This document shows, piece by piece, positions 44,134 to 57,185 of a stretch of 64,000 nucleotides of DNA. The first letter of the stretch is position 1. Every line of letters begins with the position of its first letter. The notes under the pieces were generated by a model. It was given only the letters and a program-made list of their open reading frames with translations. It was not told the DNA's origin and ran no database searches. The stretch covers positions 32,736,001-32,800,000 of the forward strand of contig OX597832.1 of NCBI GenBank assembly GCA_951406725.2, in the 5' to 3' direction. The stretch comes from Octopus vulgaris. Lineage: Eukaryota. The translations under genes and the position numbers were made by a program.

Positions 44134-44232
44134 CAGTAGTAGTAGCAGCAGCAGTAGTAGTGGTAGCAGTGGTAGTAGTAGTACAACTACTACTTTTAGT
44201 AGTAGTAGTAGTAGCAGCAGTAGTAGTAGTAA

Positions 44233-44287
<55 letters not shown>

Positions 44288-44376
44288 TGTAGCAGCAGCA
44301 ATAGTAGTGGTAGCATCAGCAGCAGCAGTAGAAGTAGTAGTTGTAGTATTAGTAGTATTAGTACTAGTAGTAGTAT
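44100..44376. repeat. (AGT)n/(AGC)n microsatellite
   Basis: Direct reading. Confidence 0.95.
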
Positions 44377-44379
44377 GAC

Positions 44380-45170
44380 ATGTGCTGTAACAGCGCGTCT
44401 TTGCATCCACCATTTATTGGGGATTCCCTTCTCCTGGCGGATGACACAGTTGCACCACACGGGCGACTCGTCTCCCACACTTCGGTCCGTGGTGAGTTTG
44501 AGAACTCTCTGCTATCGTTGAACTGAGGAGACGAAATAAAATGGAGACACAGCTATGACTGTAATGTGATTTATGCATTTGTCTTCTTTTTGATCAGTTT
44601 GAAACATGATATGGCCTACACAAGTGGTTGCACCTCGGGATTACAGAAGCGTCACCGTCTCTCTCTTATTCACCAGGTGCTTTGTGTCAGTCTGTTCCCG
44701 GATTGCAAACGCATAGCCTTCAAAGTGTGATGTGATGTAGTGGTCTTGTATCCAAGACAGGATGCGCTTCGTATCAATTCTACAGGCTTCTTCAAGCTTC
44801 CGGGCAACCTACCCATGCACAGTTTTTTTTTTATGGTGAGTGCTTTTCATCCAGGTCTTATCTGAGGTAAGAGAGACCAGCGGTTTTCGGGGCTGTATAG
44901 CTCATCAGGAAGATATCGCTTTTTGAAGAGTTCACTGCCAACTTGTACCAATTTGCTCACTTCACTTTCCGGGATTGCATTAATGTATTTATTTCTGCAG
45001 CTGTTGTTTAGCAGAAGCAGCCTGAATGATACCATACGGCATTCGAAGGACGGTCAGCACTGATCTCAAGCCTCTACCACCTTCAATTCTCATTACGTGG
45101 AACCTGTCAACTTCGCTGTTTCTGTGGAAAATCCCTGTTTTTGGCAGAATTTTATGGGTTTTGATATGTA
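44380..45170 (-). pseudogene. Decayed R4/Dong-like LINE fragment (different family)
   Basis: KILPKTGIFHRNSEVDRFHVMRIEGGRGLRSV..KTVHG..LSWIQDHYITSHFEGYAFAIREQ. Confidence 0.75.
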
Positions 45171-45210
45171 TGGAGTGGATTTATGTATATATGTATACAT
45201 GTATGTATGC

Positions 45211-45243
<33 letters not shown>

Positions 45244-45249
45244 TGTATG

Positions 45250-45292
<43 letters not shown>

Positions 45293-45783
45293 ATATATAT
45301 GTATGTATGTTTGTATGTATGTATGTATGTATGTATGTATGTATGTGTGTGTGTGTGCATGTGTGTGTGCATATATGTATATGTATGTAGCCCACAGAGC
45401 GACAAAGATTTAAGGAAAGATAGAGAGAATGAGGAACTAGATATAAGTGATATAATGAAAGAATAATCTCAAAATAAACAACGAAAGCAAAAGTGGGTGG
45501 GTGGGGGACGGGTGGGGGACGGGTGAACGGCACATATAACGGAAATGTAAAGGAACGCAGTGCAAAGTAAAGCAATGCAGAGCAAATCAGTGAGCGTGCC
45601 ATGGGATTCGCCGCGAATTTCACAATCAATTTGTTTAATGATTCGGAAAAGCTATTAACCGAACAAACATTCTTCTTTTTTTTCTCTCCAAGTTATTTGT
45701 TATATAATGAGAATGATGGGGAGTTGTAGAACAGCAGGTGATGGCGTGGGGTGGGGGAGAAAAAGACAACTTCGACTCGATGG

Positions 45784-45815
<32 letters not shown>

Positions 45816-46442
45816 GTGCTCTTGGTGACGATGATGATGGTGATGATGGACGCAGAGACATCCAAGGAGGCAACCACGTACGCCTAATGTGGTAATGATT
45901 TATTTGATTTGAACACCTTCGTCACCGCAATGATGATGACGATAATAATGACGACGACGACGATGATGACGATGATGATGATGATGATGATGATGGTGGC
46001 GATGTGCGCATGTGCCTATTTATGCATAGAGCCACTGTCCTTATAAACCTCAATAGTCATCACGATCACGATGATGGTCATTATCATTACTTTAACCATC
46101 ATTATCATCATGATCGTGACCATGATCATCATCATGGTCATCATCACCAGCTTGAGAATCACCTTCCTCCTCACCATCGTCATCATCTTGTCTCTTTTAC
46201 TCTCGCCTCCACTTCACCCCAACCCCTACTCTCTTCCGTCCACTCACAGACTGCGACCAACTCACCGATCAATTCTTGTGTGCGGTACCTGTTTTTACAC
46301 AGACGCGTACACATTCTGCCTCATGTGATGCGGCATTTGCAAACACACACACCTTTCTCAGACTTACTGCCAGACCCGCACACATATACATATATACGCA
46401 CACGCTTATATACCGCAACACGTACTGAATTCACTGTAATTA

Positions 46443-46519
<77 letters not shown>

Positions 46520-47030
46520 TCCTACCCATATATATTCGCATAAATTGGCATACTCACATCTCACGGAGACTGCATATAGTTACACACCCATCCATATCTA
46601 CAGGTGACACACGTAGATACATACACACTTCACCCACATTATGTATAACCACAGATATCCACACATATATATACATCTAGTCATCCACATATGCATACAC
46701 ATTACTGATGTGATGTGTAGTTACACACATATGCACATATGCACACATACACAAAACACATACGTATACAAACTTGCACATACGCACATACGGTATCACA
46801 TACACAGATCTCACTCTAGCCACACACACACACGCACACACACACACCTCATCTTCAGTCCACTCGGTAGTCAAACAACGTTAATTACCCAAAAGCCCAT
46901 TCTTTGATTGGTTATTCCTGAATTCCCTCCAAGGAATTTCCCTTGATTTACAGACATGTAGTCCAATGGACTTTACAGATAATTGCTGTGGTGAAGTGGA
47001 TTTTAGCCCTTTGTTGTGTGTTGTTGTGTG

Positions 47031-47360
47031 AAGGCGCGTGGCAAAGTGGTTAGGGTGTTCGGTTCAAGATCGCAAGATCGTGAGTTCAATTCCAGGAGCG
47101 AGCAGCGCATTGTGTCCTCCAGCGAAACACTTTATTTCGCGTTGCTTCAGTTCATTCTGTCGGCAAAATTAGTTGTGCTTCTACTTCAAAGGAACAGCCT
47201 TGTCACATTCTGTATCACGCTGAATATCCATCAAGAAACTACATTAAAGGTATGTGTGTCTGCGGAGTACTCACCCACTTGTTTGTTAAATTCTCGTGCA
47301 GATTGTTCCGTTGATCGAATCAACTGGAGTGCTCATCGTCCTAACCGACGGAGTGCCAGG
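47031..47360 (+). mobile_element. tRNA-derived SINE (family C)
   Basis: GGCGCGTGGCAAAGTGGTTAGGG (A box), GAGTTCAATTCC (B box), then TGTGTCCT..ACACTTTATTTC. Confidence 0.8.
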
Positions 47361-48234
47361 GAGTGTCGTGTTTGGGTGAGTAATGAACTGTTGTGTAACA
47401 GAGTGTTGTACTGATGTGTTTTACCTGGGTTCCGTACTGTGGTGACTGCGCTGATGTTGTATTGTGGCCCTGTGAGGTGCGTTTCTTTGGGGTAGAATGT
47501 GGGGTGCTGCTGTTTGGCGTTGTGGGCAGGTCTGGACTAAGGTTTGATCTCGTGTTGTTTTATGTCGATGAGTCTTTTTGTTGCGGAGTTTTCTGTTGTT
47601 CTACCGTGACTTCAGTCGCTTTTGCGTGATATTGAGTTATGTCACGTGGTTTGATATTCTGTTGCTTCGTGATGACGACGACGGTGATGCCCACGACCTT
47701 GAGAGCGGCGAGGATGCTGTGATGAAGTCTCTGATGCTGATCGTTCGCCAAAGACTTAAGCTCATTCGAATTACAGTATCTATCGTTTACCCCTGCGACT
47801 TGCTCGAGATTAGACTTACAGATTAAATGCAGTTAGTTATACGTAGTTACCTGCTCTTGATTGACGATGTAATTTAACAACGACACCCGGCCATTGTGTG
47901 CCATTAATAGAGACTACCAATCATCAATGAGGTACAACTATACAATACCATTACCGGCAGATGTCGACTGTGTATAGAAGAATTGCACATGATCCTTCGA
48001 TTTTTTAATTCCACCATTTTAAATAAATTTTCTGAAGGTATTCATTCATGTAAGCATAGATATTATTCCTCTTCTCTGTATCTCTTGTACTTTTCTAGTA
48101 TCTCCGGTTTGACTCTAACACATTCACGCTTTCTATGCTATACTAAAGAAAATTTATAATTATATATACACACACACACATATATATATGTAGTCAGTAT
48201 AAATTAACAATCAATTCAGATAAACAAATAAAAT

Positions 48235-48395
48235 TAACGGACGACCGGAAGACGTGCACAAGTAATTTATTAGCGTGGCGGTCGGTGAAATGAGAGACTT
48301 TGGCGTTTCGATCATGGATCTTCGTAGGAAAGGTGAAAGGGAAGGGTTCAAAGAAGGAAAAAGAAATCCCTAACAGTACGTGTGTAGTTACATTA
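48235..48395 (-). mobile_element. PLE-terminus-like repeat with decayed hammerhead motif (48298-48332)
   Basis: Minus strand reads cttt-CCTACGAA-gatc cat gatc-GAAA-cg-CC-aaag; same layout as 17209-17244. Confidence 0.55.
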
Positions 48396-48449
48396 CTGAT
48401 ACACACACACACACGCGCACACACATACGCGCGCGCGCACACACACATA

Positions 48450-48677
48450 TATTTCGTTTTTGAATTTGGTTTGCAAGATTCTTCATATGAGTTCGTGTGT
48501 TTAACCATATTCTGTTGTGTCTGGGGAGAGTCATTTTCTTTTTGTGCCTTATAATGTAACACACAGGAAAGTAAAAATAAGAAATAAATAATAAAATAAG
48601 AAATAAGTAGACATTTTACCTGTGAGTGTGTTACATTATAAGTCACGAAAAGAAAATCACTGTCCGCAGACACAACA

Positions 48678-48680
<3 letters not shown>
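48450..48680. repeat. Palindromic interspersed repeat, same family as 36188-36425
   Basis: CTGTTGTGTCTG..TTATAATGTAACACAC / GTGTGTTACATTATAA..CAGACACAACAG arms. Confidence 0.7.
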
Positions 48681-48714
<34 letters not shown>

Positions 48715-49392
48715 TATAGATGCACCCACACACACATATATATATAGGGAGAGAAAGAGATTGATAGATAGATAGATACAGAGAGATAACTTTTAATAAG
48801 TAGATTTACACGCATATACACTTAAAAGCACATATAAATAGATATAGATAGGTACCAGATTATTGCCAGATATGCACATAAAACTCGAAGGATTAACAAC
48901 CACTCACTAGAGCTATAATCTGTGAACATTGTAAACTCTCGCTTGCGTTTCTATATTCAGTATGATAAACAAATTCATCTGGCTACCACATACCATACAT
49001 TTTCTTACATTCGAGGATCTGCACAAAATTACACGACTTAGCGGACCAGTATTGATTCATAAAGATTAGTAAAGATAGCGTGTGCCCGCTGGTTACATGT
49101 TTCCTACTTAATCACGTAGGTGGAGCAGTTGGTGTATCAGAACATTTCCAACTGAAACATTTCATTGAACAGCAGACACACTGTTAAGCTCATTTCCGCC
49201 ATTTTCCTTTGTCAATTCTAATCTCCCTTTTCTCTCTTTTTTAACACTGTTTAAATGAAAAGTACCCGGTGCCTTTTGTGTTGTTGTATAGTGTGTCCGG
49301 GTACATCGCGAAATTATCAAGAAAAAATATGTTCGGCTTTGTATATGAGCATGTTTTTACCCGTGTGTACATATACACATGTACGTGCATAG

Positions 49393-49499
<107 letters not shown>

Positions 49500-49621
49500 C
49501 ACACACATACATATATATATACACATATATATATAGACATACATGTTTATATATATATGTGCATATAGACATTGATCAGGATCTTTATACATACATAAAA
49601 TAAATGTTTCTGTATATATGC

Positions 49622-49652
<31 letters not shown>

Positions 49653-49684
49653 AGAGAGCGAGGGAGAGAGAGAGAGAGAGAGAG

Positions 49685-49727
<43 letters not shown>

Positions 49728-49879
49728 ATGATTAAAAAAATGAAGACGGGTGTAAAAACGCACAAATTCTGTGTGTGCAGATTTTGGTTTTCTTTAAAGT
49801 CTAATCTCTTAGCTAATCGTCTTCAAAATTTTCTGGGACCGAATCCAATGCTACCTCTTTCGAAATGAGTTTCTTAGCC

Positions 49880-50280
49880 TTACATTCATTCCAGATGAGA
49901 TAAGTGGAATATTGGGTGCATCTTAAATGTGTCTATATCGAAATCCATTATAGAATATTGATGTCTACCGAACCAAAGTTATCATGATTGATTGCGTCGA
50001 ATTCTTGCGAATCATTCCGCCAATGTCATGTTACGACGATCGTCAAATCATCTGAAGCTAATGCCCACAATCGTTGTGGTATATAAATCCACATTAACCG
50101 CACTAGTTTCTAATTTCAGTCCATCTCTTCCAGGACGTCAGCAGCGTTCTGAAATTCAATCCCTGTTCATATATAACCCGTAGATGTTTCCTTATACATT
50201 TTCAGTGACAACATTAATCGACCGAATATCGTCCATCTAAAGGTGCCTGAAGAGTAAATAGATTTACGTCCCCTACTTCA
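49880..50280 (-). pseudogene. Highly decayed Penelope-like RT fragment
   Basis: Minus-strand FR-MDDIRSIN..GNIY resembles the FRYIDDxxSIN..IYP catalytic motif; many lesions. Confidence 0.4.
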
Positions 50281-50789
50281 ATACTTGGCAATGAAGAAAA
50301 ACAAGCCCCCATTTCTCTCTCTCTTCCCTCTCTCTCTTTCTCTAGTTGTATGTTTTATCAAAACATCACTATTATATTTTATCGGATTTGTTATTTTGTT
50401 TATCGATCTTAAACCGTTTAAATCGTCTTAAGCTGGTTTACAGAAACAAAACAAATTCGAAAGCTGTTTACGTCGAAAATATTTAAAATATTATATTGAA
50501 GATTTCATACTTAGACAGATTGCTGATATAAACGAATATTAATTCCGATGTATTAATGTCCCCCGACTTTAAATGTTTACTAAATCTTTTCCAGTAAACA
50601 GGAAATTAGGCTCACCAGACGCAAATGAAAGGATAATGTATTAATAAATTTTATTTTGATATCGTAATGAAATATTGGGAAATCGTAAAATAAGATTGAA
50701 GGAATGGAATGAACTGGTACGGAGTTTTAGAGGAAGAATATTTCCTGCCATCCATATTTTGGAACGGGTAATATATTGTGCTGCAAAAC

Positions 50790-50992
50790 AGCGAGCTGTC
50801 AGAATCGTTAGCACACCGGATAAAATGCTTAGCGGCGTTTCGTACGTCTTTATATTCTAAGTTCAATTGCCGCAGGGGTTGACTTTGAAATTTATCCTTT
50901 TGGGGTCGATAAATAAGTACCAGTTACGCATTGGCAACGATGTAATTGGCTTAGTCCTTTTCTCGAAACTGTTTGCTTGACCCAAAATTTGC
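50790..50992 (+). mobile_element. SINE (family A)
   Basis: GCGAGCTGTCAGAATCGTTAGCACACCGG..GTTGACTTTG..TATCCTTTTGGGGTCGATAAATAAGTACCAG. Confidence 0.8.
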
Positions 50993-51006
50993 AAAACAAT
51001 ATCAGC

Positions 51007-51140
51007 CAGTGGTGGGCACAGCTAATCAAATGGTTAGCTTCGCTAACTCCTAATCCGCTAACTAAAAACTTTACTTCGCAAACGCTAAACTGCTAAACAA
51101 CTGAAACAATTTAGCGGAAGCTAACGCAAATCGTTAATTT
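51007..51140 (+). mobile_element. Solitary end of a hAT-like DNA transposon/MITE
   Basis: Starts CAGTGGTGGGCAC, followed by many GCTAA(C)/TTAGC subterminal motifs; no partner end seen. Confidence 0.5.
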
Positions 51141-53454
51141 TTATCATATAAATTTAGCTTTGGTTTGCATCTGAAATATTTGGGTTCTCCTTCGTTATTC
51201 ATTGAAAAAGCACTACTCATATCCGTTTCAAATATTACGTATGCATACATACATAATACATATATACATAATACATTCATTTATATACATACATATGTGT
51301 GACTGCATGTGTATGTGTGCACGCGCGTTTGCAAGTGTGCTCATGAACAATATGACTATAAATGTATATATGAAAGCGGATGCAATGTCATACATACACC
51401 GCAACACACAAAGGTTGCACAGCGACACAAACACAGGCATATACAACAAAACACAAGTACATACACATATATGTACATATACAAATATAGATATTTGGAT
51501 ATCTCTAAGTATAAGCAATATATATATATATATATATATATGCATGTGTGTGTGTAAGTAAGTATATATTGTAACTATATATAGATATATATGAATAAAT
51601 AAGTATAGATATATACGTAAGTATATGTATATATACATATAAACATAAATAAATATTTATATAAATATGTTAAAAGTTTTTGTGATGTATGTGCAGCTGT
51701 ATTAATAAAGTATATATATACATGCATATACATACATGCACATTATATATATATATACATATATATATATACAGATATATATATATATATTTATATATAT
51801 ACATGTGTGTGAATATACACACACGCACACTCGCACATATATAGATATATGTGTGTGTATGTGTGTGTAAATATGTATATATATACACATGTATATGTAT
51901 ATGTGCAATCTATATTTATTGTGTAGTTGAACTCAAATTCACAAAATTATTTACTTAAGGAATATACGTCTATATTATAAATATATTGGTTGATAGCTGA
52001 ACTCAATTTACAAAACTATTTACTTAAGATTGATAAAGAAATAAACACCACATTTTTTCCTCTTAATAAGTATATTGAAAGCTACTCGAAGTAGAAGCTC
52101 CATGGTTTGGATAGTTTGGATATTAATTAAAATTGAATACTGTTCGACAAAATGGCGACGTTGGGTGCCATTTGAAAACAACGAGAAGCAAAGCTAAAGA
52201 AAACAATTCATAGAAAAAGACATACGATAGGAATGGGGAGGTCATCGAGTGTCTTTTTTTTATTGGAATATCGTAGAGAACTCTTATGGTTTGAGGTGAA
52301 TAAGGAAAAGAGACGAACAACTTGTCGCCCAAATGTGTCGTCGTCGTTGTCGTCGTCAACATCATCATCATCCTTATCATCATCATCATCATCACCGGTA
52401 AAATAAACTTATGGAACACGTGTTTATCAGAAATAGGCATTCATATTTGTGTTTCGTGTATATATGACCCTTCCCACATATAGATGTATATACATATACA
52501 TATATATAATACATATATGTAAATATATGTATCCGTATATATACATATGTATATATATGTACATATATATATATGTATATGCATATATATATATATATAT
52601 ATAAATTAATAAATTAATAAAATAGCCTTAGGCTGATAAACGTTTTGTTAATTACCCCCTCCCCGGCAACACAGCATGGCTTATTGCAATAGAAGACATG
52701 ACGGAATTGTCCCATTTTCTCGTCTTTCAAATGGTGTATTGATCCAAACCAAGCGTTTGTATTTCTCCTCTTCTGTTGTCGGTGTCTGTAAAGACACCGA
52801 CAACAGAAGAGAGAATTTAATTTTGTCTTTGTAGATTGTTTCCTTTATTTTATCTTTGAATTTCATTTCCTTTATGGTGATGACGCCGATGATTCTGTCG
52901 ACCAATTCTTCCACAGATGGCATTTACCGCAGAGCAATTTTAGCGGAGGATGAGCTTGATTTTATCGAACCTTTCTGTCCTGTCACTTGATTTCTTCGTT
53001 TTCTTTTCCGGTGGCGTAGAAGTTTTGGGTTTCGATGTTAATGGAACACCATAACTTGCTATAACCCCGGGGCTTTATTTCAAACGATTTGGGTTCAAGT
53101 TCAGTGGTCTTCAGTGTTGCTTTAAGTTAGTCCTTGTACCCCAGAAGAGGGAATACCGTTGGGTTGTTCCCAGAAGAAAGCTCGTTGAATAAGGCCTGAT
53201 GTAGAAACCTTAAATCTTCAATTCTTTCCTGTATTATTCGTTTTCTACGCAAAATTGCTGGGTAAATGTGTACCTTTACTGCAACCGTAGTTGTTTGTTC
53301 TTAGTAAGAAATCGGAACTTAGTTTTATGAGGAATGCATTATTTGTGTAATAATATTTTAACAATCCAGCATTTGGAAATTCTTCAAAATAGGTCTGCAA
53401 GGGTTTGTAAGTTACGATGCTTGGTCAAATTTAATTCGTCCAGAATCAAACATG

Positions 53455-54045
53455 TCGGTCGCCTGAACACTTTGTAGGCTGACCAAGACACTCCCATGGA
53501 ATGGAACTAATTGAGTTTTATTTTTGAACATAATCAGTCTTGTGACCCAGACTCTTCGATCTCATTGGTTAAGTGGCTTTCATGAAGTTGCTCAAAAACA
53601 ATCATAAACACTGACGTCATCAATACTGCAACCCAGGATCCCAGCGAAATGTTCTTTTCATGTTGGGGAAGAGTTTATCGACAGATGGAGACCAATCACA
53701 AGGACAGGGAGGATGATCAACCAGTTGAAAGCCACAGTCACGCAATACAGCCATTGAATGGACGGACCTGTAAAATGGAGCATTGTCCTTATGGAACAAG
53801 TTACCTTCGTCAGATTTCCTGGTTGTTTAATCGTAATAACTTTTCATTTCAGCGAGTTGGCATCGTGATTTCTATTGATGCGTTTTGCATCCGACAAAAA
53901 AGCGGTCTGTTACCTTTCCGACAAATGATTTGACTTTGCCTTCTTTGGAGCAGGCGAAAACCGTTGTTTGCACAGAATTGATTGTCTTTTTGTTTCTTGC
54001 TTAAAGTTATGAACCCAACTCATCGTGGGTTAGGAAACATTCAAG
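53455..54045 (-). pseudogene. mariner transposase pseudogene (catalytic-domain half and 3' end)
   Basis: FLTHDE..ETKRQS..SPAPKKAK..LFHKDNAP..MAVLRDCGFQLVDHPPCPCDWSPSVDKLFPNMK; variant of the HPPYSPDLAPSD motif. Confidence 0.85.
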
Positions 54046-54089
54046 CAAACCATTTTAATCTCCCTCAAATAATGTCAGATTTTGCCGAT

Positions 54090-54172
54090 CCGCTAACTTA
54101 CGTGAAGGTAAACACACCAACATCGGTTGTCAAGCGATGCTGGAGATACAAATACACACTAACACACTAACA

Positions 54173-54213
<41 letters not shown>

Positions 54214-54395
54214 GCATATGTATGCATATATATACGACGGGCTTCTTTCAGTTTCCGTCTACCAAATCCACTCACAAGGGTTTGGTCGGCCAGAAGCTAT
54301 ATTAGAAGACACTTGCCCAAGGTGCCACGCAGTGGGACTGAACCCGGAACTATGCGGTTGGGAAGCAAGCTTGTTACCACACAGCTAATGTTGCG

Positions 54396-54397
<2 letters not shown>
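54090..54397 (-). mobile_element. SINE (family B)
   Basis: Minus strand GCTGTGTGGTAACAAGCTTGCTTCCCAACC..GGTTCAGTCCCACTGCGTGGCACCTTGGGCAAGTGTC..GACGGAAACTGAAAGAAGCCCGTCG. Confidence 0.85.
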
Positions 54398-54447
<50 letters not shown>

Positions 54448-55569
54448 TGTGTCTGTGTGTCAGTGTGCTTGTATATATATATATATATATACAAGGTAAA
54501 ATTAAGAAATGAGGGTGCGAAATCGTACCTACAATTGCTAGAAATGAGAGCTAAAATTTTACTCGGACCGCCACACAAAAGCACAAACCCCATGAAATAT
54601 TCCGGACTGAGAGCAGCAAGCCACAACATCTTTCTTTGGCGAGAGACACTCACAGACTAAAGTAGCTTGACAGGCTTTAAGCTTCTAATGATTATCATTA
54701 TTTATAGAATATCAATATATATATCTTTATATATGTGCGTGTGTATATTTTTGTGTATGCGTTTGTGTGTGCGTATGTGTTGTATGTGTTGTGTACCTGC
54801 GCTCGTAGTTAGGTGTAATAATACACCTTTTTGCCCGTGTTTCGCCTTGCTTCTGAAATCGTCTACCATTTTGTTTTATTTCATTCTGGAATCCCTCATA
54901 AATATTTCCATATGTACAAACCGCTTCAATAGCTGCACATATCTTCTGGCTCTACATATATTTCTATATAATTTACCTTACAACATATTCTGTAGTTGTG
55001 CTGCAGTTTTCAAATATATATATTAACATTAGTGATGCTTAATTTAACTTAATACTTTATATCTTCTTATAATCAATCTTACTTACATTGCAAATTTACG
55101 TTAAACCTCTTTAATATTTAATGACCGCTGTGCCGCATTCTCTAATAACATCAGACACTTAATACCACATTAAATTTATAATTCTTATAAAAATATGCCG
55201 TTACTATCCGAATCGTAAATGAAACATATACGTAATTATCCTTTCATTCCCTCCTCAACCACTTCAGTAGAATTTAGTTATGAACCATAATAGATCTGCA
55301 CTTCTCTTTATAAACATGTCTTTCTCAATTACATAAGTGTTAAAACAACATCATTTTGTTTATAATATATCTCATAATAACAAAAATTGCGTTTTTCCTC
55401 TGAATATTAAATGAATAATGTGGTGGCATACATTGTTATTAAAATTACAACAAACCGTTTAGTGGTTTATTTATTTTGGCACATTATCGCCTGAGAGGCC
55501 AATCTCATGATTTTATTTATCGTTCGCTTAAAATATTTCCACTTTCACGAACACGCTAATCATACATTG

Positions 55570-55935
55570 CTAATGGTATAAAATTTGATTCCCAACCAAA
55601 CTGTTTCAAGTTCAAACCTGCTGCGTGGCACATTCAGAAATTGGCTTCTACAATATCTCCTATCTGATTAAAGCGTTGTTAGGAGATTTCATAGACGGAG
55701 ACTGAAAGAAGCTCCTCGCATACATGTATGTATATTTGTGTTTATGTCTGCTCTCTATCCACCGCTTGACAACCGATGTTAACTTCTTTACGTCCCCCGC
55801 AAATTAGCGGTTCGACAATAGTCGCCGATAGAATAAGTAAGAGATATAGAAATATGTACTGGGTCGATTATTTTGCTGAAAACCCTTCAATTTGGTTCCT
55901 TAGAATGACTGCACTCAAATGACTGCAACAGGAAA
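55570..55935 (+). mobile_element. SINE (family B); its 3' part is duplicated at 58004-58255
   Basis: TTCCCAACC..GTTCAAACCTGCTGCGTGGCAC..GACGGAGACTGAAAGAAGC. Confidence 0.7.
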
Positions 55936-56489
55936 AATATAAGAGTTCTTTTAATACGACTTTTCCAAAATATCTCCTCGAAATTCTTTCGGATTAATCT
56001 CTCCTATAAACATAAATTCAGCATAGATATAAGGCTTCAGTTTATGCGATAAATCTTATTCAATTTGTGCAGCCATTTTTATTTGTCAATTAAGTATAAT
56101 TGACTCAAATTTTTACACCCTAATAATTTTATTGTTATGAATATCTACAACTGATAATTAAATATTCAATACTCTTACGTAATAATTCACTTAGCACTCG
56201 AAAATTACTTCAAAATAATAACAAAACAATAACAATGGCGTTAACTATTAACTGTAAATTAAAATTTTAATCAGTATTTGTTGCGTATTTTAACATTCAA
56301 TAAACTACTAACCAATACACACGTTCTACTCAGCCTTTCCTATTTTCAACAAGTTTTCGTATGCGACGAACATATTTATATATTCAAAAAGCCATAAATA
56401 TTCCGCTCTTTTCTTATAAAATTTCAACTGCCATATTCTCCCCCAATTATTTTTTTTAATGTTTCTTTTATTATTTCATCCGTTAAAAG

Positions 56490-56685
56490 CAGCATGCTGG
56501 CAGTATCGTTAAGCATTCTGAGCATAATACTAAACGGCATTTCGTCCGTCTTTACGTTCTGAGTTCAAATCCCGCCGAGGTCGACTTTGCTTTTCATCCT
56601 TTCGGGGTCGATGAATTAAGTACCAGTTGCATACTTGGTCCCTTTCACCAAAATTTCGGGCCTTGTGCCTAGAGTAGAAAAGAGT
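56490..56685 (+). mobile_element. SINE (family A); duplicate at ~58811-59006
   Basis: TGAGTTCAAATCCCGCCGAGGTCGACTTTGCTTTTCATCCTTTCGGGGTCGATGAATTAAGTACCAG. Confidence 0.9.
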
Positions 56686-57159
56686 ATCGTTAGCAGGCCA
56701 TGCAAAATAGTATTTCGTCTGTCATTGCGCTCTGATACATACACACACACATATATATATAAGGAAAATAAGATCCGGTAAAAAATGCTAAAATAATTTT
56801 ATCATGAAGATCATTTTGGTACAGGTTTCAGCCTTTGCGACGTTTTCAACATAGAGTAAAGCATAAAAAGCAATTAAATTGTGGAAAAATTACATGAAAT
56901 CTCTTTCAAAATATTTCCATAGTTTTAAATTGAAGGGATATTTTCCTTTTTTCTGTCTGTCTCTCGTCTCTCTTTCTTATTCCTCTGGGTTCTAGCTAGT
57001 TAGCAGCAGCTAGTTTCACATGAATTCTGTCTTTGATTGTTTAAGCGTCAGTAGCTTTAGAGAAAAGAGGCGAAGAAGAAGGAGAAGAAGTGAAAGAATA
57101 ATAAAAATGCGCGAGTCGTATGATAGTAGCAGGACATTAGGCTTGACATTCAGAACGTG

Positions 57160-57185
57160 CGCGGGTCGCAGTTTGCCCACGGTTG
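57160..57185 (-). mobile_element. hAT-like terminal repeat remnant (duplicate at 59481-59506)
   Basis: Minus strand CAACCGTGGGCAAACTGCGACCCGCG resembles CAGGGGTGGGCAAACTGCGGCCCGCG-type hAT ends. Confidence 0.45.

Noticed and set aside
47031-47110. tRNA gene
   Set aside because: A and B boxes are present but the sequence continues into a SINE body; I could not build a complete cloverleaf.
47360-47700. GT-rich stretch with ORFs 47414-47629 and 47578-47826
   Set aside because: Looks like a decayed short-period (GTGTT-like) simple repeat; no protein motif.
51925-52030. ~35-bp direct repeat pair (..GAACTCAA..CAAAA.TATTTACTTAAG)
   Set aside because: Only two imperfect copies, consistent with a local duplication.
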